Origin: Candidatus Binatia bacterium
Lineage (GTDB): Bacteria > Desulfobacterota > Binatia > Bin18
Assembly: GCA_963664395.2 (NCBI GenBank)
Contig: OY761159.2
Coordinates: forward strand, 1,504,001-1,568,000
Direction: 5' to 3'
DNA length: 64,000 nt
Shown here: positions 29,382-38,900 of the stretch, piece by piece
Layout: each line of letters opens with the position of its first letter
Numbering within the stretch: position 1 is the stretch's first letter
Made by a program: the position numbers and the translations under genes
The notes under the pieces: generated by a model
The model's input: only the letters and a program-made list of their open reading frames with translations
What the model was told of the DNA's origin: nothing
The model's database searches: none

Positions 29382-30287
29382 TTATTTGTCCAGCAGGACT
29401 TCTTCTCGGCTGGTGCCGCGAAAAACCTGAATCCGTACCGGGTCGGGGGCAGGCGGTTCCGTTGCCGGCGGCGGCAGCAGGCGGTTGAGACCGACCGGCG
29501 TCCGCCAGCCAACGGGTTCGGTCTGGCCGAGCGGGCGCAAGGCCAGTGCCAGGCTGCCTCGGGTGGTGGCCAGTACGAGTTTATCGGCATCCGGCGGGCT
29601 CACTTCAAGGGTCACGGTATTGCCGTCGATCTGAGGAGTGAGGCTACCTTCTTGCTCCGCGTAGTTGACACTCTCGATACGCTGGCCGACGGCGACCACA
29701 CGAATATCTTCAAGGACGGTCCTGCTGAAGGAGTTGAGCTGGCTTGGGTCATCCGATGAGACCTGCATGGTGAAAATGACATCAACCCGGTCTCCCGGCG
29801 CAATCATCCCGGCGTGGCTCGTCTCCTGATTGACGGTGATGGTGAGCGCCCGGCGGTCGGGCAGCAGGACGGCGGCCAGGAAACCATCCTGGCCAGGCCG
29901 GATGAGCCCCGCATCCGTCAGCGGCATCCCGGCCAGCAGCGCCACGCGCGTCACGGCCCCGATGACTGAAGGCGGCTCCTGTTCCTGTCCGGTGTCGGCC
30001 GGTTCCTTGCGGATATGGCTGGACAGCACATTCCGGGCCTCCAGCGGCACATAGGTCAGGTCGTTCGCGGTGAGCAACGTCCCGGCCAGCAGGTCGCGGT
30101 CCGCGGCAAGCACCTCTACCGGAGGGGGTACGACGGGGGCGGGCGGCGGGGCGGGCTCGGGCTGCACCACTGCGGGTGGTTCGGCCTCGTCCTGGCCGAA
30201 ATACAGCCACATGCTGACCGAAAGAGCGATGGCGGCGGGGATAATCCCCAGAAGAACGACGAGGAGCAGAGTCCGATATCTTCGCAT
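29382..30287 (-). CDS. cpaB: CpaB/RcpC Flp pilus assembly protein
   Basis: SAF domain, AGMIAPGDRVDV, VLEDIRVVAVGQ, VTLEVSP and LALALR motifs. Confidence 0.92.
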   Translation of the reverse strand: MRRYRTLLLVVLLGIIPAAIALSVSMWLYFGQDEAEPPAVVQPEPAPPPAPVVPPPVEVLAADRDLLAGTLLTANDLTYVPLEARNVLSSHIRKEPADTGQEQEPPSVIGAVTRVALLAGMPLTDAGLIRPGQDGFLAAVLLPDRRALTITVNQETSHAGMIAPGDRVDVIFTMQVSSDDPSQLNSFSRTVLEDIRVVAVGQRIESVNYAEQEGSLTPQIDGNTVTLEVSPPDADKLVLATTRGSLALALRPLGQTEPVGWRTPVGLNRLLPPPATEPPAPDPVRIQVFRGTSREEVLLDK

Positions 30288-30313
30288 AAGCCCATCACAC
30301 TACTCATACTACG

Positions 30314-30760
30314 TCATACGGAAAAGGCACGCAGTGTCAAGAGAACCATGGCCGGCGGGGCGATGGCAACCGCAAAGGGGAGGTTGGAGCGCAAGCGGCG
30401 GGTCGTATCAAACGGTAACAGGGCAAACGCGGAAAGGCCGAAGCTGAGCAGTCCCAGACCGACCAGAAAGAGGGTCATGTCATACGGACCGACCCACAAG
30501 CCGGCGACGGCCATGAGCTTGCCGTCGCCCCCGCCAAGCCCACCCAGCACGAACAACCCAAACCCGACCAGCAGCAGGACCGCCCCGCTTGCGATATGAC
30601 CCCACACCGGCGCCATGTGGCCGACGGTCACGGCGTACAGCCCAAACAGGGCAAGCAGGCCGAGCGGAACGCTGTCCGGAATCCAGCGACCGGTCAGGTC
30701 GGACACCACAGCCACACCGAAAAGCGCACAACACACCAGCAGCAACATCGGCTCAAGCAC
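30314..30760 (-). CDS. cpaA: CpaA/TadV prepilin peptidase (A24)
   Basis: SDLTGRWIPD, GGGDGKL and LPFAVAI motifs; GAGGGG RBS before GTG 30760. Confidence 0.9.
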   Translation of the reverse strand: MLEPMLLLVCCALFGVAVVSDLTGRWIPDSVPLGLLALFGLYAVTVGHMAPVWGHIASGAVLLLVGFGLFVLGGLGGGDGKLMAVAGLWVGPYDMTLFLVGLGLLSFGLSAFALLPFDTTRRLRSNLPFAVAIAPPAMVLLTLRAFSV

Positions 30761-30820
30761 AGCGCGGTCCCCTCTTGAAGCCTGCAGCAGCGTCGTGCGG
30801 CAACTGCTCAACACTCCGGT

Positions 30821-31441
30821 TCAACGCTCCGGTCTCGGCCGGGGCTCGGACTGAAGCCGGAGTCCAGTGAGCAGGCGTATCAGAGTGTCTGTCATTTCCT
30901 TCCGGGCCGCAGCGTTATCGCCTACCTGGCTGATGTATATGGCCGCTTCGAAGAATGTCACCCATATGAGGCGGATCAACGGTTCGAGCGGCATCTGTTC
31001 GACCAAGCCCTCGGCCATCAACTTCTTAAAGATATTTCGTAATAAAATCAGGCCCGGCGCACGTTTTTGCTCGATGGGCCAATCCAGGACTGCCGGGCCA
31101 TCAACATAGACAATGCGCTGTACGCTCGGATCAGCCACGCTTTCAATAAAAGCCTGGCAACCCGTCACAAGCTGCTGCCAGGTGTCGCCCTCAGCCGCCT
31201 GCATTCTCTCTTTCACAGCTTGTAGATAACCCAGTCTCACCTCATCAAAGACCGCTTCGAAGAGGGCGGCTTTGTCGCGATAGTGATAATACAGCGCGCC
31301 TCTGGTCACCTTGGCGCGCCGGACAACCTCTTCGGTCGAGGTGTGGGCATACCCGCGTTCGGTAAACAACTCCTTGGCAATGTCGAGCAAGGCCCTCTTG
31401 GTTATTTGAGACTGTTCGTCTTTTGACATGATGCCAGCCAT
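30821..31441 (-). CDS. TetR/AcrR family regulator (paralog 2)
   Basis: FTERGYAHTSTEEVVRRAKVTRGALYYHY; colinear with paralog 1 (QAAEG, GC.AFIES, DGP.VLD). Confidence 0.92.
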   Translation of the reverse strand: MAGIMSKDEQSQITKRALLDIAKELFTERGYAHTSTEEVVRRAKVTRGALYYHYRDKAALFEAVFDEVRLGYLQAVKERMQAAEGDTWQQLVTGCQAFIESVADPSVQRIVYVDGPAVLDWPIEQKRAPGLILLRNIFKKLMAEGLVEQMPLEPLIRLIWVTFFEAAIYISQVGDNAAARKEMTDTLIRLLTGLRLQSEPRPRPER

Positions 31442-31479
31442 ATGCCCCCCTCACCAAGCCTATCAAGATCGTGGGGTGC

Positions 31480-31508
31480 TTATAGCATACAATCGATATG
31501 TATGTCAA
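31480..31508 (-). promoter_or_regulatory. tetR2 promoter overlapped by the shared operator
   Basis: Plus strand GCATACA-ATCGATA-TGTATGT at 31485-31505; minus strand TTGACA...TG.TATAAG. Confidence 0.65.
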
Positions 31509-31689
31509 TAGGGATACCGCACAGAACGGCTGATAGCACCGGGTTTTATTCCCGATTCGCTTCCCTTTCGTCAGCCGACATGGTAGGGGAGGAGCGGTAT
31601 AGTGTTCCGGATCATCTTTGCCATCGCGTCTTGCGTGCCTTGCACACATTGATGGACCTCACTCAGAGGGAGATCGCCAAATTTCCATC

Positions 31690-32695
31690 AGTACAAGCTT
31701 CGGGCGTCTATTCAGCATTGACCTTCGCTCATTGGCCGTTTTTCGTATGGCCCTCGGCGTACTGGTGTACAGCAGCCCTTAAATCGTTGGACGTGTGGTG
31801 GTACGAGGCGAGCGCTGTTTACTACGCTTTAAGCATCGATCAAATCGTCACCCCCTTCGGTCTGTGGCTACTCGGGTTTCCTGACCTGCTGGCCCTGTTG
31901 AGTCGGGCCAGCATCGCGCTGGAGTTCCTTGGCCCCTGCCTCGTTTTCGTGCCCTTTTGTACTCCCTGGCTGCGGATTTTTGTGGTCGGAGCGTTTTTTT
32001 GCTTCCACATTGGCTTGGCTCTGTGTATGAGTATCGGCCTTTTTCCTTATGTCAGTATGGTCAGTTGGCTCGTCTTTGTGCCGAGCCTGGTGTGGGAGCG
32101 CGGTTCCCTACCTTCACTACATTCGCTTCGGCCTGCCCGATTCTCTCAGGCATTGGCAGCATTCTTCCTGGTGTATGTTCTGTTGTGGAATCTGCGTGGT
32201 CTTGAAGCCACCTCGCCATACGTGCGTCAGATTTTTCCGCCGTACGCCAACCTTGTCGGCTATCTCCTGCGCCTCGACCAGTATTGGAATATGTTTTCTC
32301 CGTATCCACCCAAGGCGGATGGCTGGTTCGTCATGCCTGGAACGCTGAAGGATGGTCATCGGGTCGAGCTATGGACGGGCGAGCGCGTGGTGAGTTGGGA
32401 GAAGCCTTCGAATATCTCCGCCCTATACCCTAATGATCGGTGGTGGAAATTCATGGAAAATATCTATCCTGGGCAGAGGGAAAGAGAAGCCGCGCTTGAC
32501 GCTTATGCTCGCTATCTGTGTCGGGATTGGAACACTCGCCATAGCGGCCAGGGGCAACTCGAAACGTTCCGGATTTTTTTCATGCAGGAAACAACCCTGC
32601 CCAATTATCAAGACATTCAGCCTGAGAAGAAGCTGCTGGGGACACACTCGTGCTCGGTAAACAACTCCCGGGCAACATCGAGCAAGGCCCTCTGA
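31690..32695 (+). pseudogene. HTTM-domain membrane protein with an internal deletion
   Basis: N-terminal motif LFSIDLRSLAVFRMALG (31708-31758) is out of frame and joined directly to the C-half (YYALSIDQ, FHIGLAL, LDQYWNMFSPYP, RWWKF). Confidence 0.7.
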
Positions 32696-32742
32696 GTCTT
32701 TTGAGACTGTTCGGCTTTTGATGGTGCGCCCCCCTCACCAAG
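32654..32742 (-). pseudogene. 5' remnant of a third TetR paralog
   Basis: Translates SKAEQSQKTQRALLDVARELFTE; the DNA parallels 31358-31458, including the upstream CCCCCCTCACCAAG. Confidence 0.75.
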
Positions 32743-32766
32743 TCTGTCCGAACCATCAAGCGCTCA

Positions 32767-33675
32767 TTGACATGCAATCAAGCGGAACCGGATGGCAACC
32801 GTTTTACGCTGCCCGGCCTTGAAATCGGGCTGGAATCGCTCAGCCCCCAGTATACGCAGATGACCAAGGAGGAAATCGGCCAGCGCATTGCCGAACTGCA
32901 ACAACAGCGGCAGGACTTAGCCGCCCAGGCTGAAACGGCCAGAGCGCTTGACAAAGCCCGCGCCCACAAGACAGAGCTAGAAAAGAACGTCCGCGCTATT
33001 GAGCAGACACTGACGGATTACGACCAACTCGGCAAACTCCAGTCTGACGCTGGTCAACGTACTGAGGAGTTGATACTGACCCAGCGTCAGTTGAAGGACG
33101 TGGACACTGACGTAGCAAACGCCGATAAAAACGCGGACAACTTGCGCCAGAAGCGGGATGACGTCAGTCTGGCTCTCAGCAAGCTCACAGACCAGCACCG
33201 TGATATTGATCAGCGGCGTAACCAGCGGGGGGATGACGACGCACAGTTCGGCTACCTTTGCCAGTTGCCCCATCATCGCTGGCTGGCTGATCCGGGCTTT
33301 GAGCTGGAACAACTGGCCGAACGCTTGCTGCACTACCAGCGCGACTGTCACAATCTTGGCAACCTAGATCGCCAGTTACATACTCTGCTGGCCGACCTGC
33401 ATACCGACGGACTGACCAAGTACCAGTACAGCGATGGTGAGGAAAGCGAGATCAGCCGCATTATCGACTTTAGTCACCAGTTGCCCCAGGAAGCTGAGGC
33501 CCTGGACAAAAAAGCCCGGAGTGCCGTCGTCAACGTGACCGCCTGTTTGCGCGAGCTGCGCGACGGCTTGCGCACCTTGAAAAGCCGGATGCGGGACTTC
33601 AACCGGCTCATCAGTTCTCGTCAGCTGTCCGATCTGAAGGTATTCAAAATTGAACCTCGGGACGAAACCCGCCTG
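32767..33675 (+). pseudogene. Internal coiled-coil fragment of an SMC-like (MksB/JetC-type) ATPase
   Basis: Long coiled coil; KARSAVVNV..LRELRDGL...FNRLISSRQLSDLKVFKI resembles Mks/Wadjet SMC arms; no Walker A or B head. Confidence 0.6.
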
Positions 33676-34313
33676 TCAGTAAAGATATGCCTGCCCGTGC
33701 CGCCAATATCGCACGCCAACGCAACAGCAAAAGCGCCGGACACCAGCACTCGTGTTATTACCTCCTACTGAAGGCAATTGATGACAGTGCAAACTGGAAA
33801 AACGAGCAAGAAGGGACCCTCGCTGTGGCTGACTCAACAGTTCGCTATGGTGCTGCGGCCCTGGCCATTGCGCCACACGATAGCTGGCAGAGTCAGGCTC
33901 CGCTGTGGCTGGTAGAGAACCAGGCGCTGTTCGACCGGCTCGACTGGTTACCGACCGGCAGTGGTGGTTCCATCGCCTATTATGGTGGCCAGTTGAACAG
34001 CCTGTTGCTCAACTGGCTGGCCGACAGACCTCGGGCCAGTCAAATCATTCTGTTCCCCGATTACGATGGTGTGGGGCTGATGAACTACGCCCGCTTACGT
34101 GAGCGCGTAGCCTGCCATTTCTGGTTGATGCCCCACTGGCAGGAGAGATTACAACGATGCGGCAATGCGGCGCTGTGGCAGGCGACCCGGAAAGACTTTC
34201 GTGCCACAGCCGAACGTATCCTGCACCTGACTCCCCCGGCACATTTGCGTGCGCTGCTCAACGCCATGCAGACAGTAGGGCTGGCACTCGAGCAGGCCGT
34301 GTGGCTGGAGTGA
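33672..34313 (+). pseudogene. C-terminal fragment of a JetD/MksG-like Toprim protein
   Basis: WLVENQALF, AYYGG, LFPDYDGVGL and terminal LEQ motifs; N-terminal part missing. Confidence 0.65.
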
Positions 34314-34496
34314 TCTCATGCGTTTTCAAAGGGGAATTATGTAATTCTCTTCAGGATGAGATGAAGGTATTTTACCTTCCCTTTAATACGACTCCTTAGG
34401 CCGGACTGGAGATTAGCCGAGCCGCCTTGTGGGTTGGGCTTGCGCAGGCTGGGGGAGCCTTGCTGGTCCCTTGAAACGTCCATTATCGACGTTCTG

Positions 34497-34533
34497 GTTC
34501 AGTCCAAAGCTCCGCTTGTGAGGGGCTTGAAAC
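34497..34533 (+). CRISPR. Single 37-bp CRISPR-repeat-like sequence preceded by leader-like DNA (no array)
   Basis: GTTCAGTCCAAAGCTCCGCTTGTGAGGGGCTTGAAAC: GTT start, TTGAAAC end, internal stem; only one copy and no cas genes. Confidence 0.4.
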
Positions 34534-34631
34534 ATGCTACATTGATGTGAGAAAGAAATCGACGGAGAGCAGGGCTTTAGGGGTCGAGATCAAGGAAGCC
34601 TACGGGGATTCAGGGAGCGGAAGATAGGATT

Positions 34632-34778
34632 CATGGCAAGCGAAGTGTACGACGCCTTGATTGATCGGAAGCCAAGGCCAGAGCCGCGGCCGAGATCATT
34701 CCGATCAGCAATGAGTTGGCGGCCAAGGCGGACATCGCTGAAATCAAGGTTTTCGTGATGAAGCCCGGGATTGGGTGA
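34632..34778 (+). pseudogene. Frameshifted remnant of a small coiled-coil protein
   Basis: MASEVYDALID / EAKARAAAEIIPISNELAAKADIAEIK across two frames; recalls the EVYDAL...KARAAA...LATKxDI pattern. Confidence 0.35.
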
Positions 34779-34815
34779 TCCCCTAGAGGGTGTGATGCTT
34801 TCCGGCATCTGAATT

Positions 34816-35991
34816 TCACAACAATTCACGCTTATACACGCTAATCGCCCGTCTTCGTTTGGGTGCATAGGCGTGCCATTTCGTTGCCGGGACTGCGTCC
34901 GGCGGGACTTGGCGAAAATCAAACCGTTCAAAAAATCGCCGCGCGCCCTCCTGATTCGTACAGGCGAAGAGATAGGAAAGACTGCGTTCCTGTCCTTCGG
35001 TGATAGCTTTCCGAACGAGGCGGCTTCCAATCCCTTCGCCGTGGAACCGCCTGAGTGTGTAGAGCCCGGCTATTTCTGCTGCATTGTCGGCAGTATACGG
35101 CAAGAGAGCACAAAACCCGACGAGGTCGCGCTCTGTACCAAGCCGCGCACCATAGCCGTGCAGCAGCAATTGACTGACCTCGCGGGAGGGCCGTTTTTTG
35201 AGAGCCCCTTCCTGTTCGCCGCGCTCTATGAGCCTCTCGGCTTCGGAGAAATCGTCAAGGGCTAGGCGTTCTGCCTGACAGTAGTCTGTCAGAGTAAAAA
35301 ATGTCCCACACCCTTCGTAGGTAAAAAGCTCTTTTGCCAGGCTCGCCGGCGAACACAGCGAGACTGAAGCGACTCCACCCTCCAAGGCTAAGCGCGCTGT
35401 CTCAAGTTGCAAGCGCCGCGCTTGAGATGTCTCACTGCTCGCGCCACGAGCCGGCAACTCCGCCAGCAACTCTTGCAGGTTTGAACCGTTCAGAAAGGAT
35501 AACGGCTCTCCGCTCGCGGTTAATCCACCCTGCCGGTCAAGGAGAACGAGCTTATAGACTTTGAGGCGATTCGATAGCCGCCGCGCGCCCTGAGGGGCTC
35601 CTGCCTGGGCGGGCCAGAGCCCCATGAAAACGGGAACCGTACGCAGGGTTTCCAGAATGCTCAGACACATCTGGTCTTCATCCGCCTCAGGCAACAGGGT
35701 TACGGGGGCAGAGATGTTGTCCAGCACTTGAGACAACTGCGTGTGCAAGATCTCAATAGCCCGACGTTCTGCTATGGATGCACTTGTTTCCACGAGCAGG
35801 ATCGCTCGGGTTTCATTCAACCCAAGCGCGCACAGGACCTCCCGGACCACGTCCCGGTCCCTGGGCGCTGTAATATCTTTCGCCCGCAGAGCGAACAGCA
35901 GGCTCTTCCCCCGAAATTCCTTGAGGTAGAAATCCTTCTCCGCGGCCGAAAACTTCTCTGTACCTGAAAAACAGGGGGGAGTAGTTTTCAT
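34816..35991 (-). CDS. ArgA-like N-acetyltransferase (degenerate kinase-like domain plus GNAT)
   Basis: KELFTYEGCGTF, EGALKKR, AEIAGLY and HGEGIGSRL motifs; the start overlaps the addA stop. Confidence 0.75.
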   Translation of the reverse strand: MKTTPPCFSGTEKFSAAEKDFYLKEFRGKSLLFALRAKDITAPRDRDVVREVLCALGLNETRAILLVETSASIAERRAIEILHTQLSQVLDNISAPVTLLPEADEDQMCLSILETLRTVPVFMGLWPAQAGAPQGARRLSNRLKVYKLVLLDRQGGLTASGEPLSFLNGSNLQELLAELPARGASSETSQARRLQLETARLALEGGVASVSLCSPASLAKELFTYEGCGTFFTLTDYCQAERLALDDFSEAERLIERGEQEGALKKRPSREVSQLLLHGYGARLGTERDLVGFCALLPYTADNAAEIAGLYTLRRFHGEGIGSRLVRKAITEGQERSLSYLFACTNQEGARRFFERFDFRQVPPDAVPATKWHAYAPKRRRAISVYKRELL

Positions 35992-38900
35992 TTTTGTTCC
36001 AGCAACTGTTCTTGGACAGAGCCCTTCCCATGACCCTCCCATCGAACGCAAATCTCCTGCTGTCGATTAACCAGAAAAAGGAGCAACTCCTGCACAGGAA
36101 ACGGAGTCAATTGCTCAAGGGCCAGCGCGCCGGGTCCAAGCATTTCATAAGTCAAATCATGTTCTTTCCCGGAGAGGTATGCCTCGCCCAGGAAAAAATC
36201 AGCAATAAACCATTTCTCACCTTCGAGAAATGCCAGTGGAATCCTGCCTGTGAGGACACTCGGACCGGAATGGAGCGCAAATACCTCATTCACAAGGCAT
36301 TTCGGGGCAACCTGCATACGTGGCCAGATCGCGGCTCGTGCAATATACTGCTGCACATCGTCAGTGAAAGGGCCGCCTGAAGCATGCATGTATTTCGCAG
36401 ATGATTGCACTTGTAGAGGCACTCCCAGGTCTTTTTCCTGCCTCAGCTGTAATGCCGTCTGAGTAATAAGGCGGTCTAATTGGGCTTGTTGGGCTTGTTG
36501 GGCTTGCCGCCACGATACGTTCTCCCGACGAATCACCCTTTGCGTTTGCCTCTTCCGCCGCCCTTTGGCAATGAGGCGGCGTCTTTCCGTTATCCAGACG
36601 ATATCGGCGATATCGGCGATATCGGAATACTGAGCGGCATCTCTCTCCAATCCTGAAGATACTGGAGATACTGAAAATATGGGTGGTTCAGGTACGGCAG
36701 AGGCAGCCTCCTTTTCCTGGAATCCGGCCGGGTCAGGCAAGACTTGAGGCTGGTCCGGTCGGCTGGGAGCTATAATCACGCCATGCTGAGCGGTATGCCG
36801 CGTTTCGGCTGAGATAGCGCGCAGGACAGTATGCAACACGGTGTCTCCTTTTTTCGCGTCGGATGGCGGGTGCAGAGGAAACACGACATACTCCCGAGCG
36901 CGCGTTGCCGCCACATACCATAAGCGTCTTTCCTCAGCAGCTTCCCGATTGCGTTCTCGGACCTCAGCCTCCTGCCAGCCAAGTGTACAACAATTCAGGT
37001 TGCGTGGGCCAACGTGGAGCTCAAGACGAGCATCTTTCCGGCTCACCAGGCCCATACGGGTCAGGCGGTTGGACTGCGCTCCGGACTCCGCCACAATGAC
37101 AAGCGGAAATTCCAATCCTTTGGCCTTGTGGATTGTCAGTACGTGGAGCGCGTCGTGCAGGTCATCAAGAGTATTATCCTGTTCCGCCGCAAGTTGTCCT
37201 TGCCCGGACTCGGCAAGGGACTCGCCAAGCTCGGACTCATCAAGAGCGGACGTGAGCAGGCGGTCCAAAAAGTCGGTGGAGAAGTCTCCCGCATCTCCGT
37301 CGGAAATCCCGCGTAGCGCTTCAACAAGTTGGAGCAAGTGTCGGACCCGCTGCGGCCCATGCGGACGCTGGGCAAACAGCAGGAGTAACGGCGTGTGGGT
37401 ATATATCTCAGAGAGCAGAGAAGAAAGTCCGGCACCAGCGCCCTGTGCGCTTTGCGCAGTATGGGACTGGTGTAAGGTTCGCAGCAGAGCAAAAGCGGCA
37501 TGGAAACGGTCAGCACAGGCAAGCTGTGCTGGCACTCTGCCGCTGAGATAGTCGAATGCTCCGCCTGCACAGCGAAATTGCGCCAGCTCTTCGTCTGAAA
37601 AGCCGAACAGTGCTGAGCGCAAGGTGGCAACCATGGCGGTGGCGTCAGCCGGGTGGAGCAGCGTCCGTACACACGCCTGAATATCTGTCTGCTCCTGACT
37701 TGACGCAACACGCCGAGTGCCCGTACTCCGGTACGGGATCTGTGCGTCCCGTAAAGCTCTTTCATATATCTCCACGCTTCGATTCGTCCGGCAGAGTATA
37801 GCCATATCGCTATACGTCAGGGGCTGACCTCCTTGTGTAGCCAGTGTCTTGTGTTCAACGATCTCACGGATAAATCGCACGGTACAGCGCGCTTCGGTGT
37901 TCCGGCGCACGTTCAGGTTCACTTGGTTCACTTGGTTCGCCTGATTCGCCTGTTCGTGTGGCTCCGATTGGGGCAGGTCTAAGAGAAAAACAGTCGGCCC
38001 CTCTTGTCCTTCTTGGTCCTCACTGCTCACGGCCCGCAAGGGCAGATAGCCTGGCTGGTCCGGGTCGTCCACATTGTCCAGGACACGGGAAAAGGTGTCG
38101 TTCATCCACTTCACCAACGCGGCACGCATCCGAAAATTCGTCGAGAGGGCGAGGATTTGGCCCTGGCGTCGAATAGCCGAGCGCAGCAGGTGATAGATTT
38201 CGAGATCAGCCCGACGAAAGCGATAAATGGACTGTTGGGGATCACCCACCAGAAACAGTTTCCCGGCTCGAAGCGCGACCTGCGTCCAGCCATCGGCCTG
38301 GGGTTGGTCCTCGGCGAGGAAGAACAGAATTTCGGCCTGTAGGGGATCGGTATCCTGGACTTCATCAACCAGCAGGAAATCGAATTTCTGTTGAAAATAG
38401 CGCCGCAGTTCGCGGTTCTGCTTGAGCCCATTACGCATCAGCACAAGCAGGTCCAGAAAATCGAGGCAGCCCTGTTGCTGCTTTTTTGCCTGATACGCCC
38501 GAAGATATCCGCCCAGCCAGCCAGCCAGTCCAACCGTCAGATCGTGCAGCCAGGCCGCTCGGGCCTTGAGGTGGAGATCCTTTATCTGCGTGAGGAGCGT
38601 TCGGGCTTCGTGGAGCGCAGCAGTCGGCTGCCAGTTCGTCTGTCTCCCTTTTCGAGGCTGAACCGTCAGGCGGTGGAACAGGAAATGCTGCCACGCCGCC
38701 TCATTGTCCTGATAGTCGGCCGTCGGAACGATATCGATCAGGCTGGTGATTTGCTCGAACGCATTGTCTGTAGCGTCTTGGCAACAGTCCTGCAAAGTCG
38801 TGAGCCGGGCCACAGCCGCGTGTATCTCGGCACAGTATATTGGGATACGCGAGGCGACTGAGGCCGGCAGCCATGCCATGCAGTCGCGCTGTTCAACCAA

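Noticed and set aside
34441-34477. Second TTGAAAC-ending segment as another CRISPR repeat
   Set aside because: Apart from the final CTTGAAAC it does not match the 37-mer, and the gap of about 19 bp is too short for a spacer.
13671-34800. Tad region as an intact integrative element or prophage
   Set aside because: No integrase, transposase, tRNA or att duplication seen; only decayed flanking fragments.
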